Source: the human T2T-CHM13v2.0 reference genome, Homo sapiens. From it: a DNA stretch of 64,000 nucleotides. The DNA lies in the NCBI RefSeq assembly GCF_009914755.1, contig NC_060939.1. One strand, written 5' to 3'. A program made the position numbers and the translations under genes. A model generated the notes under the pieces. The model worked only from the letters and a program-made list of their open reading frames with translations, was not told where the DNA came from and ran no database searches. This document shows, piece after piece, positions 15,092 to 33,458 of the stretch (positions are counted from its first letter, which is position 1; the number at the start of each line of letters is the position of its first letter).

Positions 15092-16070
15092 TCAACAGTT
15101 CACTATTATGCCAGTGTCTATCCTTTGTCGATGGTACAACTTTGAGAGACAGTCCCAGTAGCATGACCCTGCCCACTTGCGAATTTAGAGAGAAGGACCT
15201 ATAAAATGCTGCATACTTATGCTTGCCAACACCCATAACTCTAAGGGCCAGAGACGTTTCCAGAAGTTCTTTCTAGAAAGAACAGAGGAACAGGAAAGGA
15301 CAAGGAAGAGAAAGCTTGCCAGAAGAAAGGAGTGGGCAGTGGTTTTAGGTGTGTTTGTGTTCTCTTTACCCTGAGGCTGTAAGGTTGGTGGTGCTTAGGT
15401 AATCTGGGTTGTAACTCTACCCTCCAAGGCTTGGGGGCAGATAGGGCAGGCTCACTTGGCTGCCTGCCTATGCTTCAAGGAGCTCTGCAGCTAGGTAGTA
15501 AAGCAGTTCACAGCAGAATTGGTGTCCTTATCTGGTAATACTGGTGGGAGAAGTTGTTTAAACTATTTATGTATTTCTTCCTCTTTTCTTCTCTAACTCC
15601 CATTTTCTTCTCTTACTAGCTTTCCTTTTCGCTTCAAATTTTCACTTGCTAATATGCGACTGCATGTTTGAGTGTGATGACTTTTTGGTGCAAATATTCT
15701 GCTGTCAAGATACCCAGTTTAAAACAGCTTTGCCATAGAATAACTTTAAGGTGAAAAAAATTAATAAAATTGATTTACATCTGTTTCTTTCAAGGGCGAT
15801 GCCTATAGGATCTGTATGAATTCCAAGAATTACTTAGATTTCACTGGTAAAAGAACAATCAAATATGAAAATTATGATTTCTGTTTTGGTATTCTTCTGA
15901 ACTGTTGAGAAAGCAGATCCCAACACTCAATAGATTCCGTACTAGGAAAAGTTTTTAGGATGAAACAATAAAGTTTTCCCTTAACTCTAATGGTTTATAT
16001 ACTCCAATGAAGTTCAGTTTTGAGCCTGAACACAAGGAATGATGTCAAAAACTCCCAAGTCTTAAAAATA

Positions 16071-16073
<3 letters not shown>

Positions 16074-16109
<36 letters not shown>
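16074..16109. repeat. (CA)n microsatellite
   Basis: About 18 CA units. Confidence 0.95.
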
Positions 16110-16111
<2 letters not shown>

Positions 16112-16248
16112 CTAAAAGAAACCCTTGCCTGCTTATTGTTTGGGAAGATACACACATGTTACACAGAATAAGAAGGAGATGTCATTTAGATAGTAATAAA
16201 TGGTACAAATCACATTGTAGGAAAAAAAAGAGAATAGTTTTATATTAG

Positions 16249-16569
<321 letters not shown>

Positions 16570-17049
16570 AGAACAATTTTTGCAATATATTCCAAGGTAT
16601 CAATAAAATTAATCACTGACAATGCAGAATGTTACATTTGCTAAGCACTACATAGTTTATTTTCAGAGACCACATGTTTTACTTTTTTCTGTATCTCCAT
16701 TGATAACAGAGGTTGATTCTAAGTTTCTGATGTCCAATATGGCCTATTTTGGCTATTCAGGGCCAGGTCATAACTATGGCTATTCTGCTAGCTATTGTGT
16801 CCACCAGCATGACAGGAGAGGCCACTGTCAAAGAAAACAGTGAAAAGAAGTTCAAACAATTTAGTGTTAGAATCAAGTGTGCCTTAACAAAAGCTGTGTG
16901 AGTTGGATCACCGGTAGCAGTGATCTTCCTTCCTTCTTTCCTTTCTTTCTCTCTTGTCCTTAGATCTGTTTTTTTGTGTTGCTTTTTTTGTTTTGATTTT
17001 TGCTGTTCCAGATTTGTTCATTAATTCTGTAATAGCATTGTTTTGGTCC

Positions 17050-18101
<1,052 letters not shown>

Positions 18102-19545
18102 ATGCAATCTCTCTTTTACACCTTTTATTATGTTATTTTATCATTTTGTAATAAGTTATTTTATCACAAACATGATAAAACAAACAGCTCTTACATTTTT
18201 CTATTCTCTGTGTTATGTTTAGATAGTATTTGGTGTGCCATCCTCCTTTCCTTACTGCTGCTTTCTTTGCTTAGTTTATTTGCATAGTTGCTGTTTCTTT
18301 TATCTTGTTAATGCTTATGTTTTTCATAAAGCTTCATTTTATATTGTTCATGTGTAACATGGGCAACTCTTTTCTAGACATTTTTTTTTCTGATAAAAAC
18401 ATGCATGAGTAAATCTCTCAGCACTTTCTCTGCCTATTTGATAAGTATTTATGTTTTTCTACAGCTACAGTTTTAGGAAAAGATAACAGGAACAGATTTA
18501 TTAAGGTGCAGGAAATGAGAAATGAATGCACTATATTTTCTTATCATAGGATCTCAGAAATGGTTACATGATGAAGTATCTCTTTGCTGGGCAATGACCT
18601 TTCCTAATTTTAGAAATCTGTCTGCAAATATGAATCATGCTGAACAGAGTATGGTCATGTTTTTATCAAAAGAATGGACAATTAAGGACAACTTGTATTA
18701 AGTGTATAACTAAGTAATATTCATTTTAAAAACCTTTTATTTTATCTTTCAGATTGCAAAAATCAGGTAATCTGAAGACAGAAAAAAATGTACTGTGTCA
18801 CCTTACTATCTTTGGTACTGCTAATTGGATCAGGGCTGTGGACATTGGACCGTGGTCAGAGATCTATGATAGTCTTGTGGGCAAGCTCTGCCCCGCAAAG
18901 ACCCCTCAATATTGCATAGTAAATGCCCCAAATAATCAGGTACTCTTTTTGAAGACATTTCAAGTTGAGACATAAGGGAAATAGTTTGGTAGTAGTAGGA
19001 ATAGTGGAAGCAGAGTTAAAGAATATCCAAGTCTCTTTAAAAGCAGAGTACCTGAAGAGGGATTGAGAAGTTAATATTACTTTGATGATGACAGTGCAAC
19101 AAAATGTCTTATACCTTAAGAGATTCTAGTTCTGAAACTATGTGTCAGTCTTCATAATCCATTTTATCTCTCAATAAGCCACCATTAGTTAAGGTAATTG
19201 AAAACTTAAAAGATTGTAACTTACAAAGACATTTAACTTGTTTCTGATTTTTCAGTCTTGCATATGAATAACTTCATGTACATAGTTTTAATCTTCTGTT
19301 GAATTAGTTCTACAGCATAAACTCCTAGAAGTGGCCTTAGGGTTTCAAGAAAAACATTGTGGTTTTTGCCACCTATGTTGCCATATTACTTTCCAAAAGG
19401 ATTGTAACAATTTATCAGCAGGATTTGAGTATGGATTTCACTGTAATCTCATGTGTTGATTTTTTTTCCTAATTTTAAGAATATATAATTATGCCCTCAA
19501 AGCTTTCTTAGTTTACATGTTTTTGATACATATCAAATATTGTTG

Positions 19546-19869
<324 letters not shown>

Positions 19870-20999
19870 CCATAAATATTGTTGAGAAAATTTTGATGAA
19901 CTTTATGCAGACCTAAAAGTCCTCACGCCCTACGGACCAGCAGATGCAACTTAAAACATGTAAATTGATGACGTTAGAGTTAGCAATGTGTAAATCTTAG
20001 ATTGAATTTCTAGTGGTTGTGAACTTGAAAACAAAGGCCCGATTAAACGTAGACCACAATATGAGATTGACAGGCTTCTGCTTGGACTAGACGTGACCTC
20101 ATCAGTGCTTCAACAAAAGGCCATTATTCATTGCATTAATTTCAATGTGAGGATTAGCTTTTATTCCAAATGATCTCAGAAAGTTTTGATCTTTAGACCA
20201 ATTTTCTACTTGAACCCAATCTATAAATGCCAAGCTAATGCTTCTACTATGATATAGCTGTCACTTTTGATAGGATGTCTTTAGATTTTATTGTGTCCTA
20301 AAGTTACCTGTTCTGAATAAAGAAAACATTTTCCAATTTTGTTTTGATGGCTCTAATTGCTAAGAACTTCCCAGTATGGAAAGACAAACAGATAGAAAGC
20401 CACAGTTAACATCTGTTATTGGATCTACTCTCTGCTTTCTTAAGATCATCTATATCAAAGTAACAAAAACAAAAACAAAAACAGAAGGTAATGTGAAAGG
20501 ATCTAGTCCAAATGGCTAAGCAGAATCCTTTTTACCCCACTCTACACACAGAATGTTGGACTAAAAGTAATAATAATAATTTAAGAAATATGTACCCAAG
20601 CTCAAAAATCAAGAAAAAAAAATTCTCCAGAAATGCATAGATATAAAACGGAGAAGGAGTTGAAGCTTTGATGCCCATAGGAGGAACCAAATTGATCTGT
20701 GTCTTTGGGGTAGGGTAAATCAAGGGCTGCTGCCCTTGCCTGGTGCCTGTGGGGAGCGGCAAAATTACTACACTGTCTAAGAATGGGGACCAGGAAAACC
20801 CAAAGGCCAAGAGTTGCTGCAAAGGTGAGCCACCTCTACATAGATGAAAACAGGATGACCTACAAGCAATAGAGGTCTTAGGGAACCACCTCTGAGTGAG
20901 GGTTATCCTAAATATCGGCTGTCTAAAACCAAGAAACAAACATCAAGATTTGCAAAAACCCACAGGGCTCGGGCATAAGTAACAACGAAACCATCCCAT

Positions 21000-21490
21000 A
21001 GGGAGGCTTCTATTACCCAGATATTCATGGAACACCATAGAATTTATAACTCTAGCTAAAGAGAAACTCTCAGGCAAAAAATATAAAATACATAAAGAGC
21101 ACATTTGTGTTCGAGCTGGATTAAAAAACTAAATTAACGTCTAGATACTTTTAATGAAATGGGAGAACAACAGAAAAGGAAAAAATATTCTAAAACTAAC
21201 AGAAGGTTAACCAGAGAGGAAAGACAATTGGATTTCTCATTAGCAAGAATAAATGCCAGAAAACAGTAGAATAATATCTTCAATGTGCTGATGTTTCATT
21301 ATGAGTGTGTGAATGTATAATTCCATTTTTAATAGCTGTCAAAATAAAAGTCTATATTGTGATTATCACTGAAGAGTAAAGGTAAAATACCTTTGCAAAT
21401 GTACAGACAGTTTATTATCCATAGATACTTGAAAGAACTACCAAAGAATGTACTTCAACAAGAAGGAAAATAAATCTAGATGGAGGAGTG
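21000..21490 (+). mobile_element. Ancient L1 ORF1-region relic
   Basis: GATTTCTCATTAGCAAGAATAAATGCCAGAAAACAGTAGAATAATATCTTCAATGTGCTGA resembles old L1 ORF1. Confidence 0.5.
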
Positions 21491-23151
21491 GACACAGAGA
21501 AGAATTGAGCTTGGGAACAATAACAGCTGAATTTTGTGAAGTATGTACAATTTTGCTTTGGGAAATACATTTCTATTCTATGTCAAATATAATGGTGAAA
21601 GACAAATTCTTGCCTTTGCAAATTTTTCCAGTAGACACTGAAGTTATAACCGTCATAAAAGATATCAAAAACATTTGGTTTTCTTAATGTAATGCCCAGA
21701 CTTGTACCACAAGTATTACACACTTTTTAAAATGAAAATTATACATTCACACAGTTATAATGAAGCCTATAGTTAGAGGCTGAGTAAAAAGAAAGGTCAG
21801 CTTTTAATTTGGAATTAACTGTTTTAAATTCTGATAAGTGTTAATACTTAAAGTGAGTTGGAATTCCCAGTATTAATCAGGAATAAATGACTTCAATCTC
21901 TAAACATCCTGCACTTGGTCTGAGGTGAGTTGGTCTCATTGCCTTTGACTTTTTATAACCTTTCAACTTCTTTCTTGAATTAAAGGGTTTGAAGAAGACT
22001 ACAATACTTATTACTGCAAACCTATATTTCTGTGGTTGTAATGGGCATATTAGCAGTTCTGAGGTTGACCTCAACTTTTAAATACCTTATCATTTGATAT
22101 CTCATTTTGAACATGTTATTTTCTACTTACTTCTGTCATTGGTATTTTTCTTCGTATGAGGTCAGGTGAGTTACTTCAAAGTGAAAACTGTTGCTCAAAT
22201 AAATTTTAGCCATTTCATGCTAAGCACAGAGCATTTTACTCAAGTAATTTAGAAAATTTTAAACGATGACATCTCTCAAGATGTCGATGAAGAAGTATTA
22301 ATGTTAGACATGATACCTATCTGTGTAGAATGTATAGTTTGTTGGGAAAATGAGACACACAAACCTGGATGGGGCCAGTTTATGGGTGTCTCCACTGACA
22401 GATTTGAGCAGTTTGAATTTGATAGGGAATGGAGATTGGATGACTTTCCAGAGTAAGCAAGTGATATTCGAAAAAGCATGTTTCAGAATAATATAAGTAG
22501 AAACCTAAACATTCTCTTATGATCTTTGCAATTACTGCCAGCTCTTTCTTATCTACATCAAGGTTATTTATTTATTGTGAAAACTAATCTCAGCGAATAT
22601 TTAGACTAGAAACTGGAGTCAGCCTGTCACTCAGCATGCTTGTGGCCTGTCTTCTTTACCATCTGTTAATGTGCTCTTTGGAATGCAAATTTTAACATTT
22701 GCCTAACCAAAACATAATTAGAAAGATAACGTTGCTGTCAAAAATAATAAAATCCAGCATAAATGATTTTTTCCCTATAGTCATTTTTTTGGCTAAAATC
22801 TGTATTTTTTGACCTTATAAACCACTTTCTTCTATGGCACACCATCCTGTTTTTCTCTTTTTTAATTATAAAAATAATACAAGGACAATTTTGTGATCTA
22901 GCTGTGGGGAAGAACTTATTAAACAAGATGCACAAAATACAATCCACCAGGCAAAAATCAGGGCTATGTATGGCTGCATATGTTATTCACTGCCCAACTT
23001 CAGGGGGCCATTTACATAGATATTGTTGTTGTCTAATGTGGTGGCCTGGTGAGAAATTGATAGATTTGATGAGACACCATACACAAACTTAGGATGGAGG
23101 ACAGAGCCAGAAAAGATATTGTCAATGTCTAAAACTAACTAAGGATATCTA

Positions 23152-23500
23152 GAACAGCATCTCCAATAGAAATATAATTTGTGGCTTGCACAAATACAAG
23201 CCAGCCATGTATGTTATTTTGAATTTTCTAGTTGCCACAATATAATAAAAAGCAAAAATAAATAGGTAAAATGTATTCTAAAAATAAATTTTATTTAACA
23301 TATCTAAAATATTATAATTTCAATTTATTATAAAGATTATTGAGATGTTTTGCATTCTTTGTTTTGTACTGAGTTTTTAAAATCTGGTGTGTTTGTTATA
23401 CTAACATTATATCTCAATTTGGACTAGCCATATTTAAAGTACTTGAGTGCTCTTGGCTTACTGGTTAATGGCTAGTGGCTACTGTACTGGACCGCACAGC
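23152..23500. mobile_element. MER33-like hAT-Charlie MITE
   Basis: TCCAATAGAAATATAAT start; TTTGGACTAGCCATATTT...GGCTAGTGGCTACTGTACTGGAC end. Confidence 0.8.
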
Positions 23501-24279
23501 TCTAGGACATAAATGATACTAGTGGAAATCAATAAATAAAAGGAAACAACAGAAAAATGGAGAAAGACTACAATGAAGCAGCATATTGAAAAAGAAACCT
23601 GAGGACTTCAGGGGTATTCCATCTCACTAGGAAGAAAAAACTTTAAACAACTAGGCACAATTTTATATTCACCAAATTGGCAAAAACAAGATATTACCGA
23701 GTGTTGGTGAAAATGTTAGAATTGAGAACTCTCATGACCTGCTGGTAGAAATGTAAACTGTTGCATCATTTCTAAGCAGCAACTTGGCTTTCTTGTTCTT
23801 ATAGCAACATGATGTGTTGAGTGAAAAAATAACAAAATGAGGTCTGCAACATAATGTCACATATTTAAATACATTTAAATTTAAACACAAACTCCAAAAA
23901 ACTCCACGTTTTTTACAGGGCTATATGTGTATGCATGTATATATATCCCTTAAAATATGTATATATATACATGTATATATATATATATGGACATAAAATT
24001 AGAGTGGGTATCTCGGGTAGAGGGAGAAAATGGGATAAGAATAAAAATGGAAAAAATCATACTGCTTATAGTTAAAAGTTTATAGTACAGAAGTTCTCAT
24101 TTTGAGTTCCCAAAACTTCCACTACCAACTCCTTTTTTAGGGGGATACTCTTTTTTTCTTACAATTTGGAGGGAAGTTTTCAACCATTTCTGCATATCAT
24201 TTTATATATTTGTAAGACAGCCAGGTCTGACTTTTATTGCAATCTTTATGCCAAATCCTCCTAAGTCTATATCTCCAAA

Positions 24280-25330
24280 CAAGTCCTCATAGACTATTTA
24301 GTCCTAATTCCTACTGAGCATTTTCCCCATCAGCTAAACTTAACACTGTAAGCATCATTTTCACCTCCATCCTAGATGCTGCTCTCTTTCTAAGCTGTCT
24401 TACTTCTACCACTATCATTCCTTCAGTCTTTAAGGAGAGCATTTATAGTAATTTTTGACTCTTTCCTTTTCCTTAACCTTTAGGCAGTTATCAAGGCTTA
24501 CTGTTTTTACTTTGAACATCATTGCTATCCTATTCCACTGCCACAGTATATACCTGGAAAACTCACTATCTACCTTTAGATTTCCATTCCTTCAGTCCAT
24601 TTGCAAATTGCCAGATCTCCATATAGCACTATTTTCAACACATTGCCTCCTTGCTCAAAACCTCTAACAGTGCCAATAGTGAACTTTTGTTGTCTATTGG
24701 CTGCTCAGTATTTATTTCTCCTTCACACCTCAACTTTCTTTTGGGGATTATCTCTTTTATTGGATTAAAAAAACCCAACTATTAATCTCTTTTTCAGCTA
24801 AGGGAAGGACATATAACAAACTAGGGCTTTGGAATGCTCATTCCTCTAATTTGAATCCTTAGCAATGTAATAAAGAGATTAAACATGGTTGCATATTCAT
24901 TCACGCTCGCATGGAGCCTTGGCCTGCTTCAAGCCTACTTTTCTAGTTCCTACTTTTTAGCCTTAGAGTCCACTTTGCTTTCTAATGTTTCCAGGCCTGG
25001 TTCTCTAGTCTTTGCATTTGTTCTGGGAGCTCCTCATATTTTTCCAATAAATTCCTCTCTTGAATTTTCCAGAATTTGTTTCAGATGCATGCAAGCAGAG
25101 CCTGACTGATCCTTTCTCCACTGTACAAAGTATAAACTTCTTTACTGGTCCCAGATCTTCCATAATCTGGCCCCAGCCTTGTTTTCCTTTACTCACCAAA
25201 ACCACAGCCAGCTGTCACTTTGTGACTGGAAAATGCCACGTTAGTCTTGCTTCTGGAATGACCTCCTCTCTTTCATGCATCTATACTATTTACTGATTCT
25301 TCAAGGTTCTGCTCAGTGTTTGTTTTCATT
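24280..25330. mobile_element. L2 relic interrupted by an old LTR (about 24670-25090)
   Basis: Pyrimidine-rich L2-like tracts; LTR-like CCAATAAATTCCTCTC...CCTGACTGAT end. Confidence 0.45.
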
Positions 25331-25489
25331 AGGAAAACAAATTTTATGCCCTATATTAATTTCCACTATCTTTGAAATCTGTTAGCATTTAGTGTCTGTT
25401 ATTAATTTTTCAGTCGGAATCAACTAGTTTTTGTATTTGTAGAAACATTTGATGGGCCAATCTCCAATCCCCTCCCCCAATAATTACCT

Positions 25490-26922
<1,433 letters not shown>

Positions 26923-27209
26923 TGACTCTTTACTAATCCTAGGCTGTAATACTCTCACCATCTGTTTTCCCTCAATTTACATTTTAGTATATATTTTTAA
27001 ATTATGAAAATGATATGTGCTCATTATAAAACTATTTCAATATTACAGAAATTTACAAAGTAAAAATAAAAAGTCCCTCCCTCAATCAATCCTAATGCCC
27101 AGTGGGAACAGATTGGAAAGTATCCTTCTAGACATTTTTTATGCATTACCAAACATTTTTATGTAATTTTAAGATGAGATTATACCCTGTGTACTGTGCT
27201 GCAATTTAG

Positions 27210-27567
<358 letters not shown>

Positions 27568-28290
27568 ACTGTCTCATTTTTTAAATGGGCACATGGTATT
27601 CTTTTGTAAGCACTGCAAAAATACATTATTGTACATATACCTGTCTTCCTTCATCTCTTTTTCTACGAGGGCACATACTTTCCCTTGAGAATGAAGGGGA
27701 AACTGCAGGTGCATAGGGGACTACCTAGAGAAAATAAGGAGAAGAATGATTCTGCTCTATCCTGGAGGCTCTTAAGTCCATAGTCATATTGTTATCTTGA
27801 CATGGCAATTTATGGCTTATGATTGCTTTCATATTTCATTTGATCTTTATTCAAACCTATGAAGTGGCTAGACCCGACAGTAAAATCATTGCTATTTTAC
27901 AGTCTCAGAGGTATTGAGTGACCAGCCTCATGCCTCACAGCTAGTTAGGGACAGTATGCAGTTAGAATCCATGTCTTCTATCTTTCAGTCCACTGCTATT
28001 GCACAATGGACAGCTGCTCCCTGCAACCACATGTGGGAGGAGAATTGGGAGGACTGAAAAAAAACTGTGTAGTGATTCACAGGGAACTTGGGATAATGGT
28101 CGTCAAGAATGTGCTATGTCAGCCAGTTGGTGTCGTGCTGAGCAGTGTTGGTTTGGGTTTTTTTTTTATATGGTGAGAAAGAGAATGAATGTCTCTCCAT
28201 GTGTTTCTAGGTATATCAGTGATTTCTGCTTTCACAGTAGAGACAGTCATAATAAGCATATGCACTTGTATCCTTAAAAGTAAGGCAGAG

Positions 28291-28580
28291 CATTATTCTA
28301 AGCGAAGTAACTCAGGAATGGAAAACCAAGTGTCTTATGTTCTCACTTATAAATGGGAGCTAAGCTATGAGGATGCAAAAACATACAGAGTGATATAATG
28401 GACTTTGGGGACTCGGGGGGAGGCTGGGAAGGGGACAAGGGATAAAAGACAACATATTGGGTACAGTGGACACTGCTCAAGTGCCAGGTGCACACAAATC
28501 TCAGAATTCACCACTAAAGTACTCATCCATGTAACCAAAAACCACCTGTACCCCAAAAACTATTGAAATAAAATTTAAAA
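28291..28580 (+). mobile_element. L1PB-type 3' end, 5'-truncated
   Basis: GAAGTAACTCAGGAATGGAAAACCAA...GCTAAGCTATGAGGATGCAAA...AAAAACTATTGAAATAAAA. Confidence 0.9.
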
Positions 28581-28707
28581 ATAAACATTTCCAAGGGAAA
28601 TAAGCAACTCAGTGTCAAATATTGAAACACTGAAAAAAAAAATCTGTTTAAATAGGCTTACTATACTTTCTCCTGAAATTGGATTAATGAAACTTGAATA
28701 AAAATAA

Positions 28708-29082
<375 letters not shown>

Positions 29083-29117
29083 TAGAATCACCTGGAGAGC
29101 TTTTAAAAAGCACCACT

Positions 29118-29542
<425 letters not shown>

Positions 29543-29723
29543 TCATATTTTAGAGACAAGTATGTAATAAATAGATATTTGTTGAGTGAATGAATGATTA
29601 AATGAATGACCAAACAGAAACCACTTAAGAATCTATTTACTAACAGAAAAAAGAATCTATTTACTTACAGTCATTTACGCCAGTTCATCAGGGTATTTCT
29701 TTGAGAGCCTGCCCCATATCAGC

Positions 29724-30846
29724 AGTAGTAGCTTCCTATGTCTGCCAAAACAAATAATCACAAACTGGGTGGCTTAAAACAAGAGAAATTTATTTTCTCG
29801 CCATTTTGGAGGCCGGAAATCCAAAATCAAGGTATTGCTAGGGTTGGCTCCTTCTGGGGGCTGTAAGGAATAATCTGTTACGTGCATTTCTCCTATCTTC
29901 TTCCTTTTTTTTTTTTTTTTTTTGAGATGGAGTTTGGCTCTGTCACCCAGGCTGGAGTCCAGTGGTGTGATCTCGGCTCACTGCAACCTCTGCCTCCTAG
30001 GTTCAAGGGATTGTCCAGCCTCAGCCCGTGAGTAGCTGGGATTACAGGTGACCGCCACCACACTGGGCTAATTTTTGTATTTTAGTAGAGACAGGGTTTC
30101 ACCATGTTGGCCAGGCTGGTCTTTAACTCCTGACCTCAGGTGATCAGTCTGCCTCGGCTTCCCAAAGTGCTGAGATTACAGGTGTGAGTCACCGCACCCG
30201 GCGCATTTCTCCTATCTCCTGACATTCCTTGGCTTGTAGATGCATAACTCCAATCTCTGCCTTCATCTTCACGTGGCTTTTCCCCTATGTCTCTCTTGTT
30301 TCTCAAATCTCCCTCTCTTTTCTCTTATAAGGACACAGTCATTGTCTTCATAAGGACACAGACCACCCTAAATAAAGGATGATCTCATCCTGAGATTTTC
30401 AATTACATCTGCGAAGGCCTTTTCTTTCTTTTTCTTTTTTCTTTTTTTTTGAGATGGAGTTTCACTCTTGTTGCCCAGGCTGGAGTGCAACCTCCGTCTC
30501 CCAGGTTCAAGCGATTCTCCCGCCTCAGCCTTCCTGAGTAGCTGAGATTACAAGACATGAACCACCATGCCTGGCTAATTTTGTATTTTTAGTAGAGACA
30601 GGGTTTCTTCATGTTGGTCAGGCTGGTCTCATACTCCCAAGTTACTTCAGCAAGTTACATACTCCTGAGTTACTTCACCAAGCTCAGATGATCTGCCTGC
30701 CTCGGCCTCCCAAAGTGCTGGGATTACAGGCGTGAGTCACCATGCCTGGCCACAAAGGCCTTATTTTCAATAAGGTGATATTCATAGGTACTGGGAGTTA
30801 GGACTTGGACACATCTTTTTGGCAGCCACCATTCAACCTACTACAC
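29724..30846 (-). mobile_element. MLT1C-like MaLR solo LTR split by two Alus (29904-30202, 30420-30751)
   Basis: CAAACTGGGTGGCTTAAAACAA...CCTTGGCTTGTAGATGCA...ATTCAACCTACTACA; first Alu TSD GCATTTCTCCTATCT. Confidence 0.85.
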
Positions 30847-31511
30847 CAGTAAAAGTCACTCATACTGTGGTCCACACTTGTGTCCTACAAGTGAATGATT
30901 TTTTATTTCCACAGCTGCTTTCCAGCAGACAGTAGGATTCTATTTGACTAGTGCAAGTATGGCTTTAACTTTCCATTAATGTCACCACGAATCATGAGGA
31001 ACACACCCATCTCTGCAGCCAACACTAATGAGGTCATGTTAGGTGTCTGGACCTTGCATGATAACAATCTAAGGAAAATCACAAATAGAAAATAATCTTT
31101 TCCTAATTTTTTGAGAGGTACAGTCATCAAATACATTGAGATGTGAAAAATGACAGTATCTTTAAAAATACAGAAAAACAAGTCACATCAAGCACATTAG
31201 AGGATTCCTTCCTCATTAGCTCAACAGTTTTCCCTGAATTAAAGTTTTTCAGTATTCAAATTTCTCAAAAGCCTGTATTACAAAAATGAAATGAAAAAGT
31301 TATTGTTCTTCAGCAGATATGTATAACGATAACTTCTAAATTAGAATGAACCCACCAAAATACATTTTTTTCACATACAGTGTCTTTTGGGTACATGAAG
31401 GGCTTATTTCTTCTCAGTGAATTGTGATTCAAAGTGCCTGGCTGGCTTGCAGCTTATCACGCTGAGGATTTGAGCACCAGCTGCTCACCCTGTTCATTCA
31501 GGTCTGAATAG

Positions 31512-32320
<809 letters not shown>

Positions 32321-32589
32321 TGCTGAAATATTTTAAAGAAAATCCTAGACATTATACCATTTAATTCCTACACCCTTTAGTATGCATCTCTAAAAATTAT
32401 AGACATTTTCTTACCACACGTAATACTGGTATCATATCCAATGATAATTCAGTATCATTTAATAGCCAGACTATATTCAAATTCCCCTGATTGTCTCAAA
32501 AATGTCTTCTTGGGTTTTTTGGTTTGTTTAAATAAGGATCAAAATAAGATCTACATATTAAATTAGATTGCTAAGTATTTTCAATCTCT

Positions 32590-32735
32590 TTTAATCTAGT
32601 AGAGAATTTTTCACAGTGGCACTGTTGACATTTGGGACTAGATAATTGTTGTGGGGAAAGTTGTCAAAAAATTTGGACAATTTTTTGACAATGTCCCCTG
32701 AGGATAAAATCACCCTTGGTTGAAATCACTGATCT
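32590..32735. mobile_element. MER20 fragment with internal deletion
   Basis: GGCACTGTTGACATTTGGGACTAGATAATT and TGTCCCCTG...GGTTGAAATCACTG ends. Confidence 0.7.
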
Positions 32736-32762
32736 AGTATACTAGTATAGTCCCCCCACTTC

Positions 32763-32795
<33 letters not shown>

Positions 32796-33448
32796 TATAT
32801 GTATATGTATACATCTGCGTATATATGTGTATATATACGTATATACACACATCTGTATATATATACGTATATACACACATCTGTATATATATACGTATAT
32901 ACACACATCTGTATATATATACGTATATACACACATCTGTATATATATACGTATATACACACATCTGTATATATATACGTATATACACACATCTGTATAT
33001 ATATACGTATATACACACATCTGTATATATATACGTATATACACACATCTGTATATATATACGTATATACACACATCTGTATATATATACGTATATACAC
33101 ACATCTGTATATATAAACGTATCTATACACACATCTGTATATATACGTATATATACACATCTGTATATATACGTATATATACAGATGTGTATATAGATAC
33201 ATATATATACACCTGTATATATATACGTATATATACGTATACGTATATACGTATATATACTATATATACGTATATATACATCGGTATGTCTATATATACA
33301 TATATAGACATATATATACACATATATACTTATATATGTATATATACATCTGTATATATACGTACGTATATATACACGTATACATATATATACGTATATG
33401 TGTATATATATGTGTGTGTATATATATGTGTGTGTGTATATATATATA
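32763..33448. repeat. Alternating purine-pyrimidine tract with a 28-bp VNTR (ATATATATACGTATATACACACATCTGT)n
   Basis: About 10 near-perfect 28-bp units at 32830-33140 within (TA)/(CA)-rich sequence. Confidence 0.95.
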
Positions 33449-33458
33449 TGACATTAAC

